Below, one piece after another: positions 1 through 7,068 of a stretch of DNA of 64,000 bases (positions are counted from its first letter, which is position 1; every line of letters begins with the position of its first letter). A program made the position numbers and the translations under genes. Under the pieces are notes generated by a model. That model saw only the letters and a list, made by a program, of their open reading frames with translations. It had not been told where the DNA came from and did no database searches. The stretch is from the IMG/VR virus record IMGVR_UViG_3300023110_000034, positions 2,303 to 66,302 of that record; one strand, 5' to 3'. This DNA comes from a virus.

Positions 1-387
1 CTCAGAATTTTTACGCATATCATTTAATTTATGCTCAGGTATTCTGATATTACCTCTGTTAATATCAATAGCTCTGCGTATTGCACCCTTAATGCGTTTA
101 GATAGAAATGATTTTAGTGTTCTTTCAGGTTCTGTTGAATCTGTTATAACATCCCAATCAATTTTATCTACTGCATGTATTAATCCTATTGCACCCTCTT
201 GAATTAGATCATTTATAGTTAACACACCAGATGCTTGCTGTGTTGTGGAAAATTTCCTTGCTATATTTTCAACTAATTCCATGTTTTCTACTATAATTTT
301 TTCTCTATCATCAGAAATATCTCTTAACAATGTTCTGTCAAGGTCATGCTTGTATCGTACATAATTTTGTACATTATATTTCTTCAT
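1..387 (-). CDS. Sigma-70 family RNA polymerase sigma factor (runs off window edge)
   Basis: Not in the ORF track. Manual translation from ATG at 387 gives MKKYNVQNYVRY...ENMELVENIARKF...DLIQEGAIGLIHAVDKID...FLSKRIKGAIRRAIDINRGNIRIPEH, matching sigma-70 region 2 (DLIQEGxIGL..AV.KFD; IRIP). Confidence 0.9.
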   Translation of the reverse strand, partial: MKKYNVQNYVRYKHDLDRTLLRDISDDREKIIVENMELVENIARKFSTTQQASGVLTINDLIQEGAIGLIHAVDKIDWDVITDSTEPERTLKSFLSKRIKGAIRRAIDINRGNIRIPEHKLNDMRKNSE

Positions 388-991
388 TTAGTAAAAGTTT
401 TTCTTGTCTTATCTCATTTGTTATGTTTCTATATATCGTTCTGGTTGATACATTTAAAGCCTTAGCTATATTTGATATTGTGATTTTTTTATTGTTATCG
501 TGAATATACAACATTGTTTCGTAAATATCATCAGGTTCGGCTAATTTTTTTTTGCCAATGAGTTTTCCGACTATACTTAACTTCTGTGAAGTATCTAATC
601 CAGTAACTTCTTTGAATATGATTTTACGCATTTTATTTTTAGGTGGTGCGTCTAAATCACTTTCAAATACTTCTTGTACTAAATTTTGTATTGAAGCTTT
701 ACTAAGCGTAATGGTTGCAAAACCATTTTCTTTATCAGCAATAAATTCAGCTAATTCTGTAATCTGATCGTATTCTAATCTAGGATTAAGATACCATAGA
801 ACGAGCATGTGCCATTTAAATGACTTATAAGACGTTATTTTAGCCTTACTTCTAAATAACTCGTAACACTCGTACGTACCACTCTCATAAAAGTCACCCC
901 AGCTGTATGATTCAGAAGGGGTGTCAGTAATTGGTCCGCGTCGATATACGATGCGTCTTCGATGAAAATAGTCGAGTTTTCTATGCGACAT
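374..991 (-). CDS. DNA-binding protein with C-terminal helix-turn-helix
   Basis: 205-aa ORF; C-terminal ITISNIAKALNVSTRTIYRN is a typical HTH. Confidence 0.75.
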   Translation of the reverse strand: MSHRKLDYFHRRRIVYRRGPITDTPSESYSWGDFYESGTYECYELFRSKAKITSYKSFKWHMLVLWYLNPRLEYDQITELAEFIADKENGFATITLSKASIQNLVQEVFESDLDAPPKNKMRKIIFKEVTGLDTSQKLSIVGKLIGKKKLAEPDDIYETMLYIHDNNKKITISNIAKALNVSTRTIYRNITNEIRQEKLLLNEEI

Positions 992-1032
992 TAGCCTGCT
1001 ACTTATTTAATTTTATTTGCTATCGTCACACT
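984..1032 (-). promoter_or_regulatory. ~50-bp imperfect palindromic element, copy 1 (overlaps the HTH gene start)
   Basis: Minus strand AGTGTGACGATAG-(AT-rich)-GTAGCAGGCTAATGTCGCA; near copy on the plus strand at 6964-7013. Confidence 0.65.
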
Positions 1033-1117
1033 CTGGTCCGATGATTTCATAAAGGATTTCTAAATCTTCTAGTTCGGCTGGTGTGATGTGGTTTAATTGG
1101 TCTTTTGTTGCTCCCAT
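1013..1117 (-). CDS. Small hypothetical protein (34 aa)
   Basis: Manual ORF MGATKDQLNH...CDDSK, start overlapping the upstream stop codon. Confidence 0.5.
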   Translation of the reverse strand: MGATKDQLNHITPAELEDLEILYEIIGPECDDSK

Positions 1118-1320
1118 TATAATAATAATAGTTTTAAATACTTTTGGTGTTGTTTCATGCGTTTTGATATTGATTGTATCTCTTTTACTTTAGCATTAAG
1201 CTCTTTTCCTTTAAGTTCATCAATATCTTTCACTTTTTTAGTCATGCATTTATGCATATGAAAAATGTGATCTCTTACAAAATTAACGTGTTTAGTCTTT
1301 TTTGTCTTTAATTTTATCAT
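1117..1320 (-). CDS. Small basic hypothetical protein
   Basis: 67-aa ORF in a tightly packed minus-strand array. Confidence 0.6.
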   Translation of the reverse strand: MIKLKTKKTKHVNFVRDHIFHMHKCMTKKVKDIDELKGKELNAKVKEIQSISKRMKQHQKYLKLLLL

Positions 1321-1409
1321 AATTTTTCTTTTTAGTTAAACTTTTGATCGTCTCTGATATGTTTCTATAATTAGAAGCCATCAGGTGTTTATACAATTTA
1401 TGACTCATA

Positions 1410-1562
1410 TTAAAATATTGTTGTAATATCTATTATTGCCTCTGGATGGTAATATTTAAGTATGTCTTCAATTGTTTTTTCTGCAACGTGTATAGCAACT
1501 TTATTGTTAATCAGGTACTTATGCGTACCAAAGCGAGGGCAATTAATTATCAGTTCATCCAT
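1410..1562 (-). CDS. Small hypothetical protein (50 aa)
   Basis: Manual ORF MDELIINCPRFGTHKYL..., TAATG-coupled to the upstream gene. Confidence 0.55.
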   Translation of the reverse strand: MDELIINCPRFGTHKYLINNKVAIHVAEKTIEDILKYYHPEAIIDITTIF

Positions 1563-1840
1563 TACAATCCTCTTAATTTTAATTTTATCTGTCTTATTTT
1601 GTTTTTAATTATATCAGCTTTTTCATATTGTTCTTCGCCTACATATCTATTCTCAAGTTCATATAATCTTTCTAATTCATAATGAAAAAACTCTGATTCA
1701 GATACAGATGATGAATTGCCAAACTCATCATATATAACATACTGGTGTTTTGTTTCATTATTTTCTTGTGATTGCTTATCAATTAACTTTTCAAAAATTA
1801 ATTGAGCAATACGTTCTATTTCTCCGTCTGTTAAAGCCAT
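1562..1840 (-). CDS. Small protein with C-terminal UVR (UvrB/C)-like motif
   Basis: C-terminus EEQYEKADIIKNKIRQI resembles the UVR consensus E.YE.AA.IRD.I..L. Confidence 0.6.
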   Translation of the reverse strand: MALTDGEIERIAQLIFEKLIDKQSQENNETKHQYVIYDEFGNSSSVSESEFFHYELERLYELENRYVGEEQYEKADIIKNKIRQIKLKLRGL

Positions 1841-1841
1841 A

Positions 1842-2024
1842 CTATCTATTTATTAGATCCATTATTTCTTGTTTTATATTTACAATTTCTTCAGCAGCTT
1901 CAACTATTTGATCAATAGTACAGGCTTGATCCATACTTAATGATCTATTGTCATACAACCCGCCGTTAAAATTGTGTACAAACCTCCAAAGAGATTCAGC
2001 TGCTTCTAATGAATTATCACGCAT
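1842..2024 (-). CDS. Hypothetical protein
   Basis: 60-aa ORF in the array. Confidence 0.55.
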   Translation of the reverse strand: MRDNSLEAAESLWRFVHNFNGGLYDNRSLSMDQACTIDQIVEAAEEIVNIKQEIMDLINR

Positions 2025-2241
2025 TTGAAAAATTATATTGTTTTAAAATATGTTTATGTATGAACTTACCAATTGATTCAGCATATTTCATAGATAGAAA
2101 TTTATCTAATGGTACATTAAAATAATCATACTTTCTACCATTTACAAATGTAAGGCGTAGTTTGTTTAATTTATAATCATATTTAGCTTTTTTAATAGCC
2201 ATTGAATTTACTTGTAATGTTTCTTTATTTAATTTAATCAT
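2017..2241 (-). CDS. KTSC domain protein
   Basis: VNSMAI..AKYD....LRLTF.NGRKYDYFNVP...F..M..AESIGKF..KHI fits the KTSC pattern. Confidence 0.85.
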   Translation of the reverse strand: MIKLNKETLQVNSMAIKKAKYDYKLNKLRLTFVNGRKYDYFNVPLDKFLSMKYAESIGKFIHKHILKQYNFSNA

Positions 2242-2244
2242 AAT

Positions 2245-2649
2245 TTATTTAATTAAAAATTTATTTATTTTAGTTTCTAAAGCTTCAATTCTATTTAATA
2301 CTTGATCAAATGTCATATCAGCATATTCTTCACGGCCCGGTTTAATATAATAAATATCAAGGTGTTTGGCTATGCTATCATATACGTCATGCATATATGG
2401 GTCATAACGAGCCTCAATATCAAATCTTTTAAGGCCATTAATTACGGTCGCATGATCACGATTAACAAGTCTACCTATTTTAGATAAGCTTGCATACCTG
2501 CAGTATTTTCTAGCTAATTTAAAATATATAAAGCGTGCTTGTGACATTTCACGTGTACGATCTTTAATTGATATATCTTCAAGATCTAATTCTTTTTGTA
2601 CCATACGCAAGACTTTTTCAGGTCTAGCAATCTTTTCTTTTGTTTCCAT
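2245..2649 (-). CDS. DnaA C-terminal (domain IV)-like DNA-binding protein
   Basis: R..E...AR.I...LAR....SLSKIGRLVNRDHATVINGLK matches the DnaA domain IV signature; no AAA+ domain. Confidence 0.85.
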   Translation of the reverse strand: METKEKIARPEKVLRMVQKELDLEDISIKDRTREMSQARFIYFKLARKYCRYASLSKIGRLVNRDHATVINGLKRFDIEARYDPYMHDVYDSIAKHLDIYYIKPGREEYADMTFDQVLNRIEALETKINKFLIK

Positions 2650-2651
2650 AT

Positions 2652-2864
2652 TTAATAAGGTTTGTAAGTTGATTTATAAATTGAATTGTGAGTAAATTTA
2701 GTTTTATGTACTTTTTTACCGCTGAATATGATTTCACGATTGCGTGAATAATCTTCATCAGTAAATGGTTTGCAATAGCCGTGTATAGCAGTTTCAGCTT
2801 TCCATTTAGCAGCATTGCGTTTCTTTTTGTTTTCTACGTATTGTTTTAATTCTTTAATTGTCAT
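2652..2864 (-). CDS. Small basic hypothetical protein
   Basis: 70-aa ORF in the array. Confidence 0.6.
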   Translation of the reverse strand: MTIKELKQYVENKKKRNAAKWKAETAIHGYCKPFTDEDYSRNREIIFSGKKVHKTKFTHNSIYKSTYKPY

Positions 2865-3001
2865 TAGTATAAAGGTTTAGTATATTCAGGTTCAGTTTGC
2901 CAGTGTTCCATTAAATGTTCACCGGTTGAGTTATCTATATAATATGTTTCAGTACCTATTGTTATAAATACTGAATTTTCAGATCGTACATCTATAATCA
3001 T
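2864..3001 (-). CDS. Small hypothetical protein (45 aa)
   Basis: Manual ORF MIIDVRSENSVFITIGTETYYIDNSTGE..., overlapping both neighbours. Confidence 0.6.
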   Translation of the reverse strand: MIIDVRSENSVFITIGTETYYIDNSTGEHLMEHWQTEPEYTKPLY

Positions 3002-3240
3002 TTTGTTAATTGTTTAGCCATATATGTTGCATATGGGGTTGTTGTTTTCATTGGTTCAATAAGTTCAGCCATGCGTAGCCATACCCTTAGGTTGCTAATG
3101 TCACCCATAACTAATTTATAGGATAACTCAGGCCAAGCCGCATTGTGTCTGTTACGGAAATGAGTACGTAAATTTAATCTATAATGTGCTATTTTAGATA
3201 TTAGCTTTGCCTCAATTCGATCGTCAATTGGATTTGTCAT
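2998..3240 (-). CDS. Hypothetical protein
   Basis: 80-aa ORF. Confidence 0.6.
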   Translation of the reverse strand: MTNPIDDRIEAKLISKIAHYRLNLRTHFRNRHNAAWPELSYKLVMGDISNLRVWLRMAELIEPMKTTTPYATYMAKQLTK

Positions 3241-3268
3241 AGGTATTTGATTTAAAATTAATAATATT

Positions 3269-3574
3269 GCCAGCTTTATTCGGCGCTGGCTACCTAGCCT
3301 TCTTAACCGTTCCGGCTACGTCTGCCCAAGAGGGCATTGACAAACACACATAAAATGTGGTACAGAGGAGGAGGTACATGACCCTCGCTTCAACTCGAGT
3401 ATCTATTTACCCGTCGGTAATCCTCTGTAGCTTTTAATATTTTTATGATGGCGTCCCTTGTGCGGGTTCTTCAGGTAGCTAATCCTTATCCTCACCGAAG
3501 CCAACGGGGTAGAGGACCATCATAAATGTTATGCTTCTCTGGACAATGCCTTGCCACGCGGTTCTCATAACATT
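3269..3574 (-). ncRNA. Cluster of putative structured RNAs, including a CCA-ended tRNA-like element (3358-3428)
   Basis: GC-richer island with no tracked ORF and consecutive closed stems: GCCAGC/GCTGGC, TAGCC/GGCTA, TGCCC/GGGCA, TACAGAGGA/TCCTCTGTA, TTTATGATGG/CCATCATAAA, AATGTTATG/CATAACATT. Confidence 0.6.
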
Positions 3575-3578
3575 TTTG

Positions 3579-3725
3579 TTATAGTTGTTGGTTAAGTATG
3601 TAGTTTATAACTTGACTTGGTGTACCAGTCATTGTGCGTTCTTCGTCGTATAGATCTTTGAACGTTAAACTATAAAACTTTGGCTTGTGTATAGCAAACT
3701 GTGTGTTAAATTTATTACCAGCCAT
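3579..3725 (-). CDS. Small hypothetical protein (48 aa)
   Basis: Manual ORF MAGNKFNTQFAIHKPKFYSL... Confidence 0.55.
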   Translation of the reverse strand: MAGNKFNTQFAIHKPKFYSLTFKDLYDEERTMTGTPSQVINYILNQQL

Positions 3726-3726
3726 A

Positions 3727-3957
3727 TTATTTAGTTTGTGTTGTTATAATTTCTTTTTCGTTTTCAAGCTTATTAATTACGCTATGTAATTTTACTGTGA
3801 TATAGTCTACAATATCTTGTACATCAAAGCCGTCATTCCATACAGTTGGTACAAACTTTTCAAGATAGTATCTTGTGTCCCAATCAGCATTAGTTAATTT
3901 TTCAATGCGATCAATTTTGTTTTGTAAGTCTAAATAATTTTCTAATTGTGTGTTCAT
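3727..3957 (-). CDS. Hypothetical early protein
   Basis: 76-aa ORF directly downstream of the promoter motif at 3991. Confidence 0.65.
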   Translation of the reverse strand: MNTQLENYLDLQNKIDRIEKLTNADWDTRYYLEKFVPTVWNDGFDVQDIVDYITVKLHSVINKLENEKEIITTQTK

Positions 3958-3990
3958 AATATTTAATTTTAATTGTTTGTTATTCGTTAT

Positions 3991-4023
3991 TATTATCTGT
4001 TATGCTTCGTGTTTACTTTGTAA
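3991..4023 (-). promoter_or_regulatory. Early promoter-like motif, copy 1 of 6
   Basis: Minus strand TTACA-N8-ACGA-N8-AGATAATA. Confidence 0.7.
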
Positions 4024-4323
4024 TTCTTCTTCAAGATAGTTTTCAACTTCATACTCTGGTAAGTATTGTTCAAGATCGCTTACATATACGATAGCATCTT
4101 CGTCCAAATCTTTAATGCGTTCAATAATATCATCAAATGGTGGTTGATAATAATAAACATCCATATCCCATTGCATATGTATATGGTCATTAGTCATAAC
4201 GTGTACGTCATAGCTGTCTGCAGTCATATACTCACTAATTTGTAAATCTGCACTTGGTGTATAGTCTTCTGTAAATTTAGCTATGTTTAAAGCTTTTGCT
4301 AGTTGTGTGTAAATATTTGTCAT
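4000..4323 (-). CDS. Acidic hypothetical early protein
   Basis: 107-aa D/E-rich ORF. Confidence 0.65.
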   Translation of the reverse strand: MTNIYTQLAKALNIAKFTEDYTPSADLQISEYMTADSYDVHVMTNDHIHMQWDMDVYYYQPPFDDIIERIKDLDEDAIVYVSDLEQYLPEYEVENYLEEELQSKHEA

Positions 4324-4499
4324 TTTGTTACTCTTTTAATTAATGTAAATAATATTTGTTGTTTAACTTTTAATTCTAATTCGTTAAAGTCATCGCCTTC
4401 AAGTTCTTCTTCGTCAAGTTGCCAGTGTATTGTATTGTCAATGTATTCGTCAATAACTTCGATACAGTGATCAGCCATTTGTTGTACTATTGTGTTCAT
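4320..4499 (-). CDS. Small acidic hypothetical protein (59 aa)
   Basis: Manual ORF MNTIVQQMADHCIEVIDEYID...EEELEGDDF; ATGA overlaps on both sides. Confidence 0.6.
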   Translation of the reverse strand: MNTIVQQMADHCIEVIDEYIDNTIHWQLDEEELEGDDFNELELKVKQQILFTLIKRVTK

Positions 4500-4696
4500 G
4501 CTATTTCAAGATTAAGTTGTTGTGCTACGTAGTTGATATGTTTCGACGTCGTTGGACTGTGCGACCCGACGCCGGGAACATACCAATTCACCAAATGAAG
4601 TTTGTTATCTTTTATTTGTGCAACAACAGTGTCATAAGAATAAATATCGTTGCCAACCATTTTTAAGTTTTGTTTGTATCTGTCAAATGTTTTCAT
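4496..4696 (-). CDS. Hypothetical early protein
   Basis: 66-aa ORF with a YSYDT.VA...SPTTSKH pattern. Confidence 0.65.
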   Translation of the reverse strand: MKTFDRYKQNLKMVGNDIYSYDTVVAQIKDNKLHLVNWYVPGVGSHSPTTSKHINYVAQQLNLEIA

Positions 4697-4711
4697 AATT
4701 GTGTTTGTTTG

Positions 4712-4948
4712 TTATTTGTTAGTATTATCCGTTTGTTGTCGTATTAACTCTGTAATTTGTTTTTCAGTTTCTTTAATATTATATGACTGAAAGACTATAC
4801 CACCACCGTAACTTTTTGTGTGGTATTTACGGCCACCGATTTTGTTTGCCAAGTGTATAGCATTTTGATAGTCGTCTGCAATATTTAAAAAATGCACTAC
4901 ATATCTTGGATTGCCATATGTGTCGTTTTTAATTCTTGTAAATTCCAT
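4712..4948 (-). CDS. Hypothetical early protein
   Basis: 78-aa ORF: NDTYGNPRYVVHFL...GGRKYH...YGGGIVFQSYN. Confidence 0.65.
   Translation of the reverse strand: MEFTRIKNDTYGNPRYVVHFLNIADDYQNAIHLANKIGGRKYHTKSYGGGIVFQSYNIKETEKQITELIRQQTDNTNK
4723..4755 (-). promoter_or_regulatory. Early promoter-like motif, copy 2
   Basis: TTACA-N8-ACGA-N8-GGATAATA upstream of the ORF starting at 4696. Confidence 0.75.
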
Positions 4949-5044
4949 TATGATAATTCAGTTAAAATTAATGTTACACCGGTTAAGAACAGACCTAATA
5001 GAAAGCCTGTGTCGAGGTTTTGTAGTTCAAATAGTTCCATAATA

Positions 5045-5809
5045 TTATAATTTTATTTCGTCTTCTGGTTTGTATTCGTGTTTGTTTCTAGGTGGTGTTG
5101 GGTTCAGTGTTGGAGGAGAATATTTATATCCAAGTATTGGATTGATTCCGTGATTCCAAAAATCCCAAGGCATTTCTTTTTTAGTATCCATATTTAGTAT
5201 AATGTTTAATTGTTTCAGCTGATGCTTTATTGAATTGGTGTACTCGTTCACGATACTTTGGATCGGTACAATATTTTCTCATTGCTCGGGATTCTGTACA
5301 TTCACCCCAGCGACGTTCAAAGTCGTCAACTTGTTTTAGTTTTGCTTTTAGTTGTGCTTCTGTTTTCATTTTAATGTCATTGTTATTAGCTCAAATTCAT
5401 CGTTTGTTATTGTACCTTCCATTAAGGCTAGAAATTCTTTTGAGACGTCTCGTCCTGTGTATTTGTTTATTATTGTCATATTAGTTATTTATTAAATATT
5501 CTTTTGTTTCATCATAGCTCAGTGGCCAATCGTAGTATTTGTATATTCTGTAAATCTTTTCTTCTGTTGGTAGGTCAAGCGTGTTAACCCAGTCCATTAA
5601 ATTTGTGTGTGATGTGTTCATATTATATAATCTTTTTTAATTTTTTTTATTAATTCAAATCGTTGGTCAAGTAACTGTTGGTGTATAGCAAGCAATTGCT
5701 CTTGTTGGTCTAGTGATAATCCTAAGCCTTGTATTTTTAGGTCTTGTATCATATCTAGTTTACCATTTATTTCGTGTAGCCTTGTTATTTGATTTTCTTG
5801 TGTTATCAT
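5045..5809 (-). CDS. Array of five small hypothetical early genes (5045-5251, 5181-5369, 5366-5479, 5481-5621, 5618-5809)
   Basis: Abutting or overlapping minus-strand ORFs of 37-68 aa, from the track and by manual reading. Confidence 0.55.
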
Positions 5810-6018
5810 AGTCCTACAAATTTATTTATTATTTCTAATTCTGTTTTATATTCTTTTTCTTGGTCAGGGCTGAGATTATATAATCTATCAACATTATTTT
5901 TTGTTTTAACATAGTCAACTAATGTGAAGTATATTTTATCAATTTGTTGTTGTGTTAATTCTACTTTTGTGTATGTGTCTACTAAATGTTGTTTCATTGT
6001 GTTTGTTTTTATGTTCAT
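5806..6018 (-). CDS. Hypothetical early protein
   Basis: 70-aa ORF right after the motif at 6022. Confidence 0.6.
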   Translation of the reverse strand: MNIKTNTMKQHLVDTYTKVELTQQQIDKIYFTLVDYVKTKNNVDRLYNLSPDQEKEYKTELEIINKFVGL

Positions 6019-6021
6019 TTA

Positions 6022-6054
6022 TATTATCCGTTTGTGATCGTATTAAGCTTGTAG
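6022..6054 (-). promoter_or_regulatory. Early promoter-like motif, copy 3
   Basis: CTACA-N8-ACGA-N8-GGATAATA. Confidence 0.75.
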
Positions 6055-6231
6055 TTTGACATGAGAGTAATATACTTTTGTTGTGTCTATGTAGTCGTAC
6101 AGTGGTCGACGTGAGAATGTTACTCTGGTTGTACTCTTCATTGGTCGTACATAGTTAGCCATAAGGTCTTGAGTACGTTTGTTTTGTCTCTCAATTTTCT
6201 TTTTCAATTTGTTGTATGCTTCAGTAGTCAT
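6043..6231 (-). CDS. Small basic hypothetical protein
   Basis: 62-aa ORF. Confidence 0.55.
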   Translation of the reverse strand: MTTEAYNKLKKKIERQNKRTQDLMANYVRPMKSTTRVTFSRRPLYDYIDTTKVYYSHVKLQA

Positions 6232-6299
6232 AAGGTGTGTGTTTTATTTGTTAATGTTTTATTGTTTACTGGTATTAAACTAAGCCTTTGTGTGTGTTT

Positions 6300-6470
6300 T
6301 TACCATTTTTCAATAGGATTTTCAGTTATATTTTCAAATTTAGTTAACAATTTATCAATTTTAGCTTTAGCTTGTGGACTGAATCGATCGAAGTCAGGGT
6401 TGTTGATGAGGTCTTCGAGTGCCATCCAAATTATTTCAGTTTCAAAGGGAGTAAGTTGTGTAGTTACCAT
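6300..6470 (-). CDS. Small hypothetical protein (56 aa)
   Basis: Manual ORF MVTTQLTPFETEIIWMALEDL..., downstream of the motif at 6497. Confidence 0.55.
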   Translation of the reverse strand: MVTTQLTPFETEIIWMALEDLINNPDFDRFSPQAKAKIDKLLTKFENITENPIEKW

Positions 6471-6496
6471 GTGTTTGTATTTTTAATGTTCTTATA

Positions 6497-6529
6497 TATT
6501 ATCCAATTGAGATCGTGTTTAGTTTGTAA
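6497..6529 (-). promoter_or_regulatory. Early promoter-like motif, copy 4
   Basis: TTACA-N8-ACGA-N8-GGATAATA. Confidence 0.75.
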
Positions 6530-6646
6530 TTATTCTTGATCCCACCACTCATTATTGTAATAGTTTACAACATCTTGATTTGTACAAAGATTGTTATTAA
6601 TTAACTCTTTAATTTGTTTTGTGGTAAGGTTGTCAAAGTTGTACAT
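6530..6646 (-). CDS. Small hypothetical protein (38 aa)
   Basis: Manual ORF MYNFDNLTTKQIKEL...EWWDQE between two promoter motifs. Confidence 0.5.
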   Translation of the reverse strand: MYNFDNLTTKQIKELINNNLCTNQDVVNYYNNEWWDQE

Positions 6647-6671
6647 TGTATTTGTTTTTTTGTTACATATA

Positions 6672-6704
6672 TATTATCCAAATTGGTTCGTGTTAACTTT
6701 GTAA
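6672..6704 (-). promoter_or_regulatory. Early promoter-like motif, copy 5
   Basis: TTACA-N8-ACGA-N8-GGATAATA. Confidence 0.75.
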
Positions 6705-6750
6705 AAACTAAAATATTAATATTGTAAAATGTACGATCAGAGCCTAACTA

Positions 6751-6783
6751 TATTATCCAAAATAGTTCGTATTTACCACGTAA
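6751..6783 (-). promoter_or_regulatory. Early promoter-like motif, copy 6
   Basis: TTACG-N8-ACGA-N8-GGATAATA. Confidence 0.7.
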
Positions 6784-6873
6784 AACCTCAACATTAAAAG
6801 CTAAAAACATAACTGCTTGGCACTGAGCGCGTTGGGGGCTGGGGTAAAATAATTGGTTTTAGTTAAAGGGCTG

Positions 6874-6956
6874 GTTACCAGATAGTTACGTGTAATACGT
6901 TACCTCTAATTATCTAACAAAAAATTTAGGTTACCTACCGGGGTGCATTTGTTACC
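6874..6956 (+). repeat. Five GTTAC(C/G) direct repeats in the divergent intergenic region
   Basis: Copies at 6874, 6885, 6899, 6930 and 6951. Confidence 0.5.
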
Positions 6957-6963
6957 GCAAGAA

Positions 6964-7014
6964 AGTGTGACAATAGGTACTTAATATATATAATGTAGGG
7001 GGCTAACGTCGCAC
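6964..7014 (+). promoter_or_regulatory. ~50-bp imperfect palindromic element, copy 2
   Basis: AGTGTGACAATAG-(AT-rich)-GTAGGGGGCTAACGTCGCA; inverted near-copy of 984-1032. Confidence 0.65.
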
Positions 7015-7068
7015 TGTGTGTCAGATTTAAAATAAGCATGTAATAGTATATATGTTAATTAAATTCAT

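Noticed and set aside
3358-3428. Canonical tRNA gene
   Set aside because: No TTCRA T-loop, no D-loop GG and no 5-bp/7-nt anticodon arm. Kept only as a tRNA-like element.
3442-3526. Hammerhead ribozyme (CTGAAGA on the minus strand)
   Set aside because: The GAAA required after stem II is missing (CCC-GCACAA-GGG is followed by ACG).
5384-5415. Seventh early promoter copy
   Set aside because: TATTAGCT-N8-TCGT has mismatches, a 7-nt second spacer, and lies inside a small ORF.
3991-6783. CRISPR-like array from the repeated 33-bp motif
   Set aside because: Spacing is irregular (46 to over 1200 bp), internal positions are degenerate, ORFs lie between copies, and there are no cas genes.
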